A stretch of 64,000 nt of DNA from an uncultured delta proteobacterium. GTDB taxonomy: Bacteria > Desulfobacterota > Syntrophia > Syntrophales > Smithellaceae. This document shows positions 1 to 8,841 of this stretch, in pieces; the stretch's first letter is position 1, and every line of letters begins with the position of its first letter. The DNA is taken from positions 160,001 through 224,000 of the forward strand of contig CAVWEH010000001.1 of the NCBI GenBank assembly GCA_963753975.1. The letters are read 5' to 3'. Position numbers and translations under genes: made by a program. Under the pieces are notes generated by a model that made no database searches, was not told the origin of the DNA, and worked only from the letters and a program-made list of their open reading frames with translations.

Positions 1-2
1 AT

Positions 3-262
3 AGTGAGACTCAAATTGGTAGCTACCTGAAGGGTAGCTACGATACTTAAGGTAGATACTTATTTGCCCTTTCCCCGCTCACATCGCCGCTTGACAGCGG
101 CTGATTGCGCGGGAAACTGTATTCAAAAACTAAGTACATAACCTAGCCGAACTATCCCGCTACAGGCGGGGCAGTGAGACTCAAATTGGTAGCTGCCTGA
201 AAAGTAGCTACGATACTTAAGGCAGATACACTTATTTGTTCTTTTCCCGCTCACATTGCTGC
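3..262 (+). repeat. Degenerate tandem direct repeat (170-bp period) related to the hairpin element family
   Basis: AGTGAGACTCAAATTGGTAGCT...CCCGCTCACAT starts at 3 and again at 173; shares GAGACTCAAATT and GAACTATCCCGC..GCGG with the dispersed element. Confidence 0.85.
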
Positions 263-364
263 AGTTTATGCCCGTTAAATTATCAAACAAAATTCAATAG
301 CATTGAAGGAAAATTTGCGTTATAAGATTTTAAAATAAAGGCAATCCCGAGAAAAGAGGGAAAA

Positions 365-1057
365 ATGAACAGAGCAGCTCTCCACAAAATTAGTTACGGT
401 ATCTATATAGTGACTTCCGGACAGGATGGAAAATTCAACGGCCAGATAGCTAATTCCATGTTTCAGGTCACAGCGAACCCGGCAACAATCGCCATCAGTA
501 TCAATAAAGAAAATTATACACACGAATTAATCAAACTCAGCCGCAAATTTGCCGTTTCGATTCTGGCGGAAGCAACACCCATGAAGTTCATCGGCCTTTT
601 CGGTTTTAAGAGCGGGCGGGATGTAAACAAACTGCAAAACACGAAAACAAAGACAGGTGTGACAGGCGTGCCGATTGTTCTGGAAAACGCCGTCAGCTAT
701 ATCGAAGCTGAACTCACGGGCGAATTGGATGGCGGTACGCATACCATATTTGTCGGGCGCGTCGTTGATGCGGATGTTATCAGCGACGAAGAACCTTTGA
801 CGTATGCCTATTATCAGCAAGTTAAGGGAGGCAAATCGTCCAAAAATGCACCAACCTATGTGAAAGAAGATACGGCAGCACCATCGGCTTCAGCGGGAGC
901 GCGCTATGTTTGCACAGTTTGCGGCTACATTTATGATCCGGCCAAAGGCGACCCGGATGGCGGCATTCCCCCCGGAACAAAGTTCGAAGATATTCCCGAT
1001 TCCTGGGTTTGCCCGGTTTGCGGTGCGGAGAAGTCTAAGTTCGAAAAAGAAAAATAA
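365..1057 (+). CDS. Flavin reductase-rubredoxin fusion (high-molecular-weight rubredoxin type)
   Basis: N-terminal flavin reductase-like domain ([18 protein letters not shown]); C-terminal rubredoxin [10 protein letters not shown]...WVCPVCG. Confidence 0.9.
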   Translation: MNRAALHKISYGIYIVTSGQDGKFNGQIANSMFQVTANPATIAISINKENYTHELIKLSRKFAVSILAEATPMKFIGLFGFKSGRDVNKLQNTKTKTGVTGVPIVLENAVSYIEAELTGELDGGTHTIFVGRVVDADVISDEEPLTYAYYQQVKGGKSSKNAPTYVKEDTAAPSASAGARYVCTVCGYIYDPAKGDPDGGIPPGTKFEDIPDSWVCPVCGAEKSKFEKEK

Positions 1058-1423
1058 CGATAATTTTTGTGTTAATTTATTTCTTCCTGAAACAAAGCAT
1101 TAGGTAATTTTTACGGACATACGTGCTTTTAATCCGTAATAAACACAATTATACCCGACGACAAATATCGAAACAATTTTTGTGGTTAGAGAAAATTGAG
1201 AAGTATTGTGCTCACTGTGAAAATAATCCAACAAAGCAATGACCATGATAACGCACAACAATGACAGGTTAAACATGCTCCGGCTATTCCATGGATCAAA
1301 AAAGGGTATGTGTATGTAATGGGTTATTTATTTTCAGGAGAAATATTGATTTCGTAATTCTGACAACCCGCACTATATTTTACTCGATAATCATGATTCT
1401 GCCAAAATCTTTTCTGCCGACCT

Positions 1424-1780
1424 CTAGCTAAATTCACTCTGTTTTTTCAAATCATTTATCATATAGTCGATAAGAGCCTTGTAATCTTCGGCACTCAATT
1501 TAACCGGTTTCATGACACCTTGGCCTCTGTTCAATACACGATTAATCTTTTCTTTACTGAGATTTTTCCAGGCTGAAGATGTGGTAAAATCTTTAGGCTT
1601 ATACTGTGCGTGGTAGGCAGAAACAGGAGCCCCTTCTGATTTAATGAGATGGCATGCTGTGCAGTTATTTCTGAATATAACTTTACCCTTGCTATAGTCT
1701 TCGCAAAATACACTGCCGGCAAAAAAAAGACTAATTCCGAGAAATAATGAAACGTAAATAATATAATTAGTTATTTTCAT
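1424..1780 (-). CDS. Monoheme cytochrome c, exported
   Basis: Signal peptide from ATG 1780, CxxCH (CTACH), distal Met in GVMKP. Confidence 0.8.
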   Translation of the reverse strand: MKITNYIIYVSLFLGISLFFAGSVFCEDYSKGKVIFRNNCTACHLIKSEGAPVSAYHAQYKPKDFTTSSAWKNLSKEKINRVLNRGQGVMKPVKLSAEDYKALIDYMINDLKKQSEFS

Positions 1781-2067
1781 AAAAGCACAACCTTGCAAAG
1801 TATTTGCAAAATTTACTAACATCGAGTTGTGAACATGTCAAGAAAAAAGCTAATGGGTTCCTGCCTGAATGCGTTTCAGAATGCCTACTGACTTGATCGA
1901 ATACTTAAAATCCATGTCCATCCATATCGGATTCAACGTGATTACATCGACTAATCACATTAACGGTTGTTTTAGTGCACACATGATTTCAATTGGTAAT
2001 CTTCAGTTTTACCCGTTTCATGAATCTGTCGACTTGTAGGTGAAACAAACAACTCGGTTCATTGGGG

Positions 2068-4548
2068 TTAATTGCTAACTTTTCCCCAAACTCTTTTCCA
2101 AACTGTCTTCAGGCGCAACGAATTACTGACGACCGAAACAGAACTCAAAGCCATGGCCGCTGCGGCAAATTCGGGATTGAGCAGTATTCCGAAGAAAGGA
2201 TACAAAATACCCGCGGCAATGGGAATCCCAATCACATTGTAAATGAAAGCCCAGAAAAGATTCTGCTTGATCACCCGCATGGTAGCGGAAGATAGATTGA
2301 TAGCTTCCGGCACGCCCATCAAATCATCACGGATCAACGTTATATCGCCCGCTTCAATCGCCACGTCCGTTCCGGCCCCAATGGCAATGCCGACATCGGC
2401 GGCGGCGAGCGCCGGAGCGTCGTTGATGCCGTCGCCCACCATGGCGACAACTTCACCTTCTTTTTGCAGCTTTTTAATTTCATCCGCTTTACTGCCCGGC
2501 AGAACTTCCGCCAGGACACGATCAATTCCTAATTGAGAGGCGACTGCCTTAGCCGTACCGGCATTATCCCCGGTAACCATTGCCACCTTCAAGCCCCGGC
2601 GCTTCAGTTCGTAAATGGCCTGTTTTGCCGAATCTTTAGGCACGTCGGCCAGGGCAATAAGGCCAATAGCATTATTTTCCCTGGCAATATAAACAACCGT
2701 TTTCCCCTCTAGCGCGAGCTTAGCGGCCGCTTGATTCAAAACCGCCGTTGGAACACCTTCGGCCTCCATCAGCAGACGATTGCCGATAAGGCATGATTTG
2801 CCATTCAGCATCGCTTTTGCTCCCATTCCGGATAATGCCGTAAATTTATCCGCTTGCGCCAGGAATATTTGATCGGCTTGCGCTCGCTTCAAGATCGCCT
2901 GAGCCAGCGGATGCTCGGACATTTTTTCCAGCGCAGCGGCCGTAGCCAAAACTTCTTTGTCACTGAAACCGCGGGCACTATGAACATCGGTTACCACGGG
3001 TTCCCCGCGCGTCAATGTTCCCGTTTTATCGAAAACGATCACGGAAAGCTGATAAATTTTCTCCAGAGCCTCCCCGCCTTTGATTAGAATGCCTCCTTGT
3101 GCTCCCAAGCCGGTGCCCACCATAATTGCCGTGGGCGTTGCCAGGCCCAGGGCGCAGGGACAGGCGATAATAAGCACTGAAACAAAATTGATTAAAGCAC
3201 GGGCGAAATTATTATCGGCGGGAAGAAAATACCAAATAGCAAAAGTAATAATAGCAATGACAAAAACAGTGGGAACAAAAACAGAGGCAACTTTATCTGC
3301 CAGCCGCTGGATGGGTGCTTTGGATCCTTGAGCCTCTTCCACCAGACGGATGATTTGCGCCAGAACAGTTTGGGCGCCTACGCCTGTGGCGCGCAGAGTA
3401 AAACTTCCGGTTTTATTTATCGTTGCGGCAAAAACCTTTTGGCCGATCTCTTTTGTTACCGGTATGCTTTCACCGGTTAACATTGATTCGTCGATAGTAG
3501 AAGCGCCGGTTAAAATAAGACCGTCAACGGGAATCATCTCACCAGGTTTCACCAGAATCAAGTCGTCTGCCTGCACATCCTCTACGGCAACATCCAACTC
3601 TCCGTCATCTTTGATCAGATGTGCCGTTTTGGGTTTAAGCCCGATTAATTTTTTTATAGCTTGCGAAGTTTTTCCTTTCGCTTGCGCCTCCAAAAGCCGA
3701 CCTAACAAAATGAGAGTGACGATCATTGCCGCCCCGTCATAATAGACATGGGGCATTACACCGGCTTTCATGAATAAATTGGGGAAGAATGTTGCGAAAG
3801 AGGAATAGGCGTATGCCGAAAAGGCGCCTACGGCCACCAGAGTGTTCATATCGGATGTCTTCTGCCGCGCGGATTTATAGGCACCAATAAAGAAGCGGCT
3901 CCCCACCCAGAAAACAGCGGGAGTAGTCAGAACAAACATTGCCCAGAGCATCATCTGACGAGGAATGAACTGCAAGAAGCCAAACCAGTGCTGCATGGAG
4001 CCGAAAAAAATGATGACACTCAGTATTGCGCCGCAAATTACTTTTAACTTCAGTTCCCGTAGATCCCGGGCACGGGCGGTTTCCGCCGGATCGGTAAGTG
4101 TGTCTTTCATCTCGCCCAGGAATTCATAACCGTGTTTTGTTATAGCTTTAGCCAGCGCCGGCAAGCCTCCCCAGCTGGCGGCATGAATCACAGTAGCCCG
4201 GGATGTGGCCAGGTTTACGCCGGCATCCAGCACACCTTCAACACCTTTAAGTGCATTTTCCACCCGCCGCACACAGGCCGCACAGGTCATTCCGCCGACG
4301 GTAATGGTGACTTTTTCCTGATCCGTTCCGGAGGCATCCACGAAAGACTCATAACCCAGATCATGGACTTTATTTTGCAGTGCTTTTATATCGACAATAT
4401 TTTTGTTATATTCCACCTGCGCTTTTTCCGTTGCAAAGTTTACCGTGGCTCTGAGCACGCCGGGCGTTTGCCTCAAGCCTTCCTCGATGCGCCGGACACA
4501 GGCCGCGCAGGTCATACCGCTGATATTAAGCGTTACTTTATCCGACAA
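2068..4548 (-). CDS. copA: Cu(I)-translocating P1B-type ATPase
   Basis: Two GMTCAAC HMA domains, TGES, CPC, DKTGT, SEHP, GDGIND, YN and MALSS motifs. Confidence 0.95.
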   Translation of the reverse strand: MSDKVTLNISGMTCAACVRRIEEGLRQTPGVLRATVNFATEKAQVEYNKNIVDIKALQNKVHDLGYESFVDASGTDQEKVTITVGGMTCAACVRRVENALKGVEGVLDAGVNLATSRATVIHAASWGGLPALAKAITKHGYEFLGEMKDTLTDPAETARARDLRELKLKVICGAILSVIIFFGSMQHWFGFLQFIPRQMMLWAMFVLTTPAVFWVGSRFFIGAYKSARQKTSDMNTLVAVGAFSAYAYSSFATFFPNLFMKAGVMPHVYYDGAAMIVTLILLGRLLEAQAKGKTSQAIKKLIGLKPKTAHLIKDDGELDVAVEDVQADDLILVKPGEMIPVDGLILTGASTIDESMLTGESIPVTKEIGQKVFAATINKTGSFTLRATGVGAQTVLAQIIRLVEEAQGSKAPIQRLADKVASVFVPTVFVIAIITFAIWYFLPADNNFARALINFVSVLIIACPCALGLATPTAIMVGTGLGAQGGILIKGGEALEKIYQLSVIVFDKTGTLTRGEPVVTDVHSARGFSDKEVLATAAALEKMSEHPLAQAILKRAQADQIFLAQADKFTALSGMGAKAMLNGKSCLIGNRLLMEAEGVPTAVLNQAAAKLALEGKTVVYIARENNAIGLIALADVPKDSAKQAIYELKRRGLKVAMVTGDNAGTAKAVASQLGIDRVLAEVLPGSKADEIKKLQKEGEVVAMVGDGINDAPALAAADVGIAIGAGTDVAIEAGDITLIRDDLMGVPEAINLSSATMRVIKQNLFWAFIYNVIGIPIAAGILYPFFGILLNPEFAAAAMALSSVSVVSNSLRLKTVWKRVWGKVSN

Positions 4549-4738
4549 CTTCGTACCCCGCCTTTTTTATCGCCGCGGCGATTTTTTGAGGATCAACCGG
4601 TTTTACTTCCTCGTAAGTGGCCAGACCGCTTTTTAAATCCACCTGAACATTTTTTATGCCTTCCAGAGCGCCGAGCGCTTTGGTGACCGCCATAACACAG
4701 TGCTGACAGCTCATTCCCTTTATTTTAATGCTTTTCAT
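4538..4738 (-). CDS. copZ: Copper chaperone (HMA domain)
   Basis: 66 aa, GMSCQHC motif, overlaps the copA start. Confidence 0.9.
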   Translation of the reverse strand: MKSIKIKGMSCQHCVMAVTKALGALEGIKNVQVDLKSGLATYEEVKPVDPQKIAAAIKKAGYEVVG

Positions 4739-4766
4739 CTTGTTTCTCTCCTTAATAATAAAATTT

Positions 4767-4789
4767 AATGTTCTTAATTTAAGAACATT
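4767..4789. promoter_or_regulatory. Perfect 11-1-11 palindrome, candidate operator of copZA
   Basis: AATGTTCTTAA-T-TTAAGAACATT, about 30 bp upstream of the copZ start. Confidence 0.5.
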
Positions 4790-5057
4790 TTACCTATAAG
4801 CAAGATTAATAATCACTGTTTTTGGCATTTTATTCACTCAAGCTTAATATCTTCTTCTTGCTTGATATTAATTTTATTCTATATTATGGCAAAAAAGATA
4901 GGGAGAATGATTATTCACTGCTGGGGCGTCAAAAGTAAAAAATATCTCGAATATTTTGCCGTTTCCCAGTCAATGGAATTGGTGCTCTAATTTTCCGGTT
5001 AGTGCACTTATGAATTAATCAGCACTGTAAATATACCGCTAAGGAGAGTACAAAAAA

Positions 5058-5450
5058 ATGGTAATTTTATTTCATATGTCATTAATGGCTTTAGGAACGC
5101 TTTGCTTTGTTGCCGGTATCGGTGCTGCTGTTTTTTTTCGCAAAAAAAGAAATTGGCTGAAAATTCATAAAAATTTCAATTCAGCCGGTTTTATGGCTCT
5201 ATGTGTGGGAGCAATTATGGCCTTCACTTTTGTTGCGGAAAATAACGGCAAACATCTTGACGGAATTCACCAAATTTTCGGTTTTACCGCGTTTATTTTG
5301 ACTCTTGTTACTTTGGTCTTGGGGTTCCGTCAGTTTAAGGCTGAAAATAAAATAGCAGTGAGAATAACCCATCGCTGGGCGGGCAGAGCATCTTTGCTTT
5401 TGATTATAATTACTCTGATATTGGGATTAATACTCGCTAGTATCATTTAA
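5058..5450 (+). CDS. Four-helix membrane protein, cytochrome b561-like
   Basis: Four hydrophobic segments each with a His (FHMS, KIHK, IHQI, THRW); GGAG SD. Confidence 0.6.
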   Translation: MVILFHMSLMALGTLCFVAGIGAAVFFRKKRNWLKIHKNFNSAGFMALCVGAIMAFTFVAENNGKHLDGIHQIFGFTAFILTLVTLVLGFRQFKAENKIAVRITHRWAGRASLLLIIITLILGLILASII

Positions 5451-5456
5451 TATTAA

Positions 5457-6113
5457 ATGTGGCGCTGGAATGCTAAAAAAATTCTGTACACTTACTTGGT
5501 CTTTATTTTGATCTTTCTTGTTGTGACTAATCCGGCAACTGGAGCGCAGAAGAATATGAAGACAAAAATTACAGAAAATATTAATGAAGAAATCACGCTG
5601 GGCGGAGGCTGCTTTTGGTGTTTGGATGCTGTTTATAGAGAAATCAGAGGAGTAGAAAAGGTTCTTTCCGGCTATTCCGGAGGTTCAGTTGTTAATCCGA
5701 CTTATGAGGAAGTGTGCACAGGATCGACAGGGCACGCCGAAGTTGTGCAAATAACGTTCAATCCCCGAATCATAACTCTCGAAAAACTGCTCCAAATATT
5801 TTTCGTCATCCATGACCCAACGACATTAAACAGTCAGGGAGCCGATGTCGGCACTCAGTACCGTTCGATTATTTTCTATAGTAATCAAAAACAAAAAGAT
5901 GTTATCGATAAGGTCATCGGAGAGCTTAAAAAAGACAAGGTTTATAAAAACCCCATTGTAACCGAAGTAGTTCCCTATCAATCTTTGTATGCCGCCGAAG
6001 ACTATCATCAGGATTATTACAGTCAAAATAAAGAGCAGGGTTATTGTCAGGTTATCATTAATCCTAAATTGGGAAAATTTAAAAAGATCTTCCACGATAA
6101 TTTAAAGAAATAA
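5457..6113 (+). CDS. msrA: Peptide-methionine (S)-S-oxide reductase
   Basis: GGGCFW, GHAEVV, GTQYRS, AEDYHQDY, GYC motifs; hydrophobic N-terminal extension (alternative start at MKTKI). Confidence 0.93.
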   Translation: MWRWNAKKILYTYLVFILIFLVVTNPATGAQKNMKTKITENINEEITLGGGCFWCLDAVYREIRGVEKVLSGYSGGSVVNPTYEEVCTGSTGHAEVVQITFNPRIITLEKLLQIFFVIHDPTTLNSQGADVGTQYRSIIFYSNQKQKDVIDKVIGELKKDKVYKNPIVTEVVPYQSLYAAEDYHQDYYSQNKEQGYCQVIINPKLGKFKKIFHDNLKK

Positions 6114-6153
6114 TCGTTCTTATTAAAGTCTGATTCTTTTTACGGTCAAAAAT

Positions 6154-7953
6154 ATGTTCCTGCCGACTACTGCTTTAGAGTTAAAAAAATTAAAATGGGA
6201 TAAACTCGACATAATTCTTGTCACCGGCGATGCCTATATTGACAGCCCCTATATAGGAGTTGCCATTATCGGCCGGATTCTGTCGCATGCCGGGTATCGC
6301 GTAGGTATTATCGCCCAGCCGGATGTTAAAAGTGATGTTGATGTTCGCCGTCTGGGAGAGCCAGCACTGTTCTGGGGAATTACCGGCGGTTGTATGGATT
6401 CAATGATCGCCAACTACACGGCCATCAAGAAAAAAAGGCATGCCGATGATTTGACTGCCGGAGGAAAAAACATTCACCGTCCCGACCGCGCCGTTGTCGT
6501 GTATGCCAACCTGATTCGTCAGTATTTTAAAAATACTAGGCCACTGGTTTTGGGCGGCGTCGAGGCGAGTCTCCGCCGCGTTGCCCATTACGATTACTGG
6601 TCGGATTCCATCCGCCGCTCGATTTTATTTGATGCCCGCGCCGATATTCTTGTCTATGGCATGGCGGAAAAAGTCATACTGGAACTGGCACAAAAACTGA
6701 TGAGTGGAGAAGATACGAAAAATATCCGCGGCACTTGTTATATTGATTCTACTGCCGTACCCGGATACATTGAATTACCATCTTATGAAAAGGTTATCGC
6801 CGACAAAAGAGCTTTCATCCAAATGTTTAATTCATTTTACCGCAATAATGATCCGTCGACTGCCTGCGGTTTGTTTCAGCAGCACGGTTCCCGCTATCTG
6901 ATTCACAATCCGCCTCAACCTCATCTGACGGTTGAGGAATTGGATCAAATCTACGCTCTTGATTTCACGCGGGACGTCCACCCCTATTATAGTGAACAGG
7001 GGAAAGTTAGGGCTATGGATACAATTAAATTCTCACTGACAACACATCGCGGCTGCTATGGCGAATGCAATTTTTGTTCAATTGGCCTGCATGAAGGAAG
7101 AACGGTAATCAGCCGTAGCGACCAATCGATAATTAATGAGGCGCGCCAAATTGCCGCCCGCCCTGACTTTAGAGGCTATATTCCAGATGTGGGCGGGGCA
7201 ACAGCAAACATGTACGGGATCGACTGCCCGCGAAAAATGAGCCTAGGAGTCTGTGAGAATAAACGATGCCTTTACCCACAGGTCTGTACGTCCCTGAAGC
7301 CGGATCACAGCCGTCAGATCAATTTGCTTAGGAGTTTGCGCAAAATCAAAGGAGTAAAAAAAGTATTTGTTGCTTCCGGAATTCGCTATGATTTGCTGGA
7401 GGCCGATAAAAAACACTGCGATGCTTACCTGCAAGAGCTCGTTTTTCACCACGTCTCGGGCCAGTTAAAAGTTGCGCCGGAACACACTTCTCCCGGTGTC
7501 TTAAAACTGATGGGCAAGCCGCAGGCAAAGTCATTGACAAACTTCAAAGCGCTTTTTGAAAAAATTGATCACGGGTATGAACCACAAAGCAAGCCGCGAG
7601 GTACCACACCTTCCGCTACGCGGGATTGTTCGACTAAGCAATTTCCGCGCACTTCGTTACGGAAATTGCAGTTTCACAACAAGTCATCAGGGCAGAAACA
7701 ATTTCTTACTTATTACTTTATTGCTGCCCATCCGGGATGCGTCGAAGAAGATATGCGCGAACTAAAGGCTTTCGCCACCAGAGAACTGAAAATTAATCCG
7801 CAGCAGGTGCAAATATTTACGCCGCTTCCTTCCACTTATTCTGCTCTGATGTATTTTACCGGAATTGATCCAGCAACCGGCAGGAAGATTTTTGTGGAAA
7901 AGAATATCGCAAAAAAACAGAGACAGAAAGATATTGTTGTGGGAAGAAGTTAA
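6154..7953 (+). CDS. YgiQ/UPF0313-family radical SAM protein with a 37-aa in-frame repeat-derived insertion
   Basis: VTGDAYIDSP, CYGECNFC (CxxxCxxC), SGIRYDL, KVAPEH, YFIAAHPG. Confidence 0.9.
   Translation: MFLPTTALELKKLKWDKLDIILVTGDAYIDSPYIGVAIIGRILSHAGYRVGIIAQPDVKSDVDVRRLGEPALFWGITGGCMDSMIANYTAIKKKRHADDLTAGGKNIHRPDRAVVVYANLIRQYFKNTRPLVLGGVEASLRRVAHYDYWSDSIRRSILFDARADILVYGMAEKVILELAQKLMSGEDTKNIRGTCYIDSTAVPGYIELPSYEKVIADKRAFIQMFNSFYRNNDPSTACGLFQQHGSRYLIHNPPQPHLTVEELDQIYALDFTRDVHPYYSEQGKVRAMDTIKFSLTTHRGCYGECNFCSIGLHEGRTVISRSDQSIINEARQIAARPDFRGYIPDVGGATANMYGIDCPRKMSLGVCENKRCLYPQVCTSLKPDHSRQINLLRSLRKIKGVKKVFVASGIRYDLLEADKKHCDAYLQELVFHHVSGQLKVAPEHTSPGVLKLMGKPQAKSLTNFKALFEKIDHGYEPQSKPRGTTPSATRDCSTKQFPRTSLRKLQFHNKSSGQKQFLTYYFIAAHPGCVEEDMRELKAFATRELKINPQQVQIFTPLPSTYSALMYFTGIDPATGRKIFVEKNIAKKQRQKDIVVGRS
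7568..7678 (-). repeat. Hairpin element family 1, copy E (in frame inside the radical SAM gene)
   Basis: Reverse complement TGTGAAACTGCAATTTCCG...CGGAAATTGC..AGTCGAACAATCCCGCGTAGCGG...CATACCCGTGAT aligns with copies at 27539 and 50613. Confidence 0.9.
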
Positions 7954-8166
7954 TTAGAGACATCCCCAATATCTTCAAAGAGTCCACCTACAAACAAACG
8001 GAATCAAGGCAGTTAAAGTTTATTGATTACCAGTGGAAACATGCGATAATCACTCCCCGAATTCCGCGGCCCGTTTCTGATAGAGGGAGGGGGCAAAAAT
8101 GGTGGTGTTGCAGGAGAAGGCTGATGGGATCGATAGTCTTTACCGTCTCTTTGTTCTGAAACTGGA

Positions 8167-8460
8167 CTATACGTAAATCTCTTTATCAGGATGGGGAAGG
8201 ATCATCAGAATTAAGTATCCTGCTATAGCATACACGATAAGCGCGGCAAGGGTGACAAAATCAACCACGAAACCTGAAAATTTCAGGTCCGGATTGATTT
8301 TGGCAAATGGCGCTACAAGCAGCGCCGTGACACCATAAAGCCAGGCAACGAAAGGCGTACCTGCATTAACTACCAAAAACTTAAATACCAACCTGAAAGT
8401 TAAAAGTAGTTCGATAATGCCCACGACAATATTAATGAAAGCCCTTATAATTCTAAACAT
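8167..8460 (-). CDS. YggT-family small membrane protein
   Basis: 97 aa hydrophobic, N..TPFVAWLYGVT..LVAPF pattern. Confidence 0.7.
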   Translation of the reverse strand: MFRIIRAFINIVVGIIELLLTFRLVFKFLVVNAGTPFVAWLYGVTALLVAPFAKINPDLKFSGFVVDFVTLAALIVYAIAGYLILMILPHPDKEIYV

Positions 8461-8841
8461 AAATTTGTTTTAGTCCTGTTTTACTTAAGTTAATACAACT
8501 CCTTATGCTCTTTCGTATTCTATTGCTGAAAACATTTCTATTTTTGCTATTTGACTGTAAGTCTTCCGTGTAGTCAAAGTAAAAAAGTATTTTGTCAATG
8601 GCCAAACACAACTGTCCGGGTCAGGGTGATTGAAGCTGTAGATGTAGGAATGGAGATGAATCGATGATTTTGTCGTCAAACATCTCTAAATAACCTATTG
8701 ACTAAAGTAAACCAGATATTAAAATATTTTAAAAAGGAAATTATATACTTGACTAATTTTTTATTGATATAGACAATTGCAAGAGTTTCTTTTAGATCAG
8801 AATATAAATAGCGGAACGCGAAGAGGAAGAGAGACCGGGCA

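Noticed and set aside
3..262. CRISPR array
   Set aside because: Repeat is about 90 bp, degenerate, only two copies, and no cas genes are present.
1186..1340. Possible decayed membrane-protein fragment on the minus strand
   Set aside because: Short hydrophobic reading with no start codon or identifiable family.
7568..7678. Family-1 elements as integron attC sites
   Set aside because: No consistent RYYYAAC...GTTRRRY ends, no cassette array, no integrase, and one copy is intragenic.
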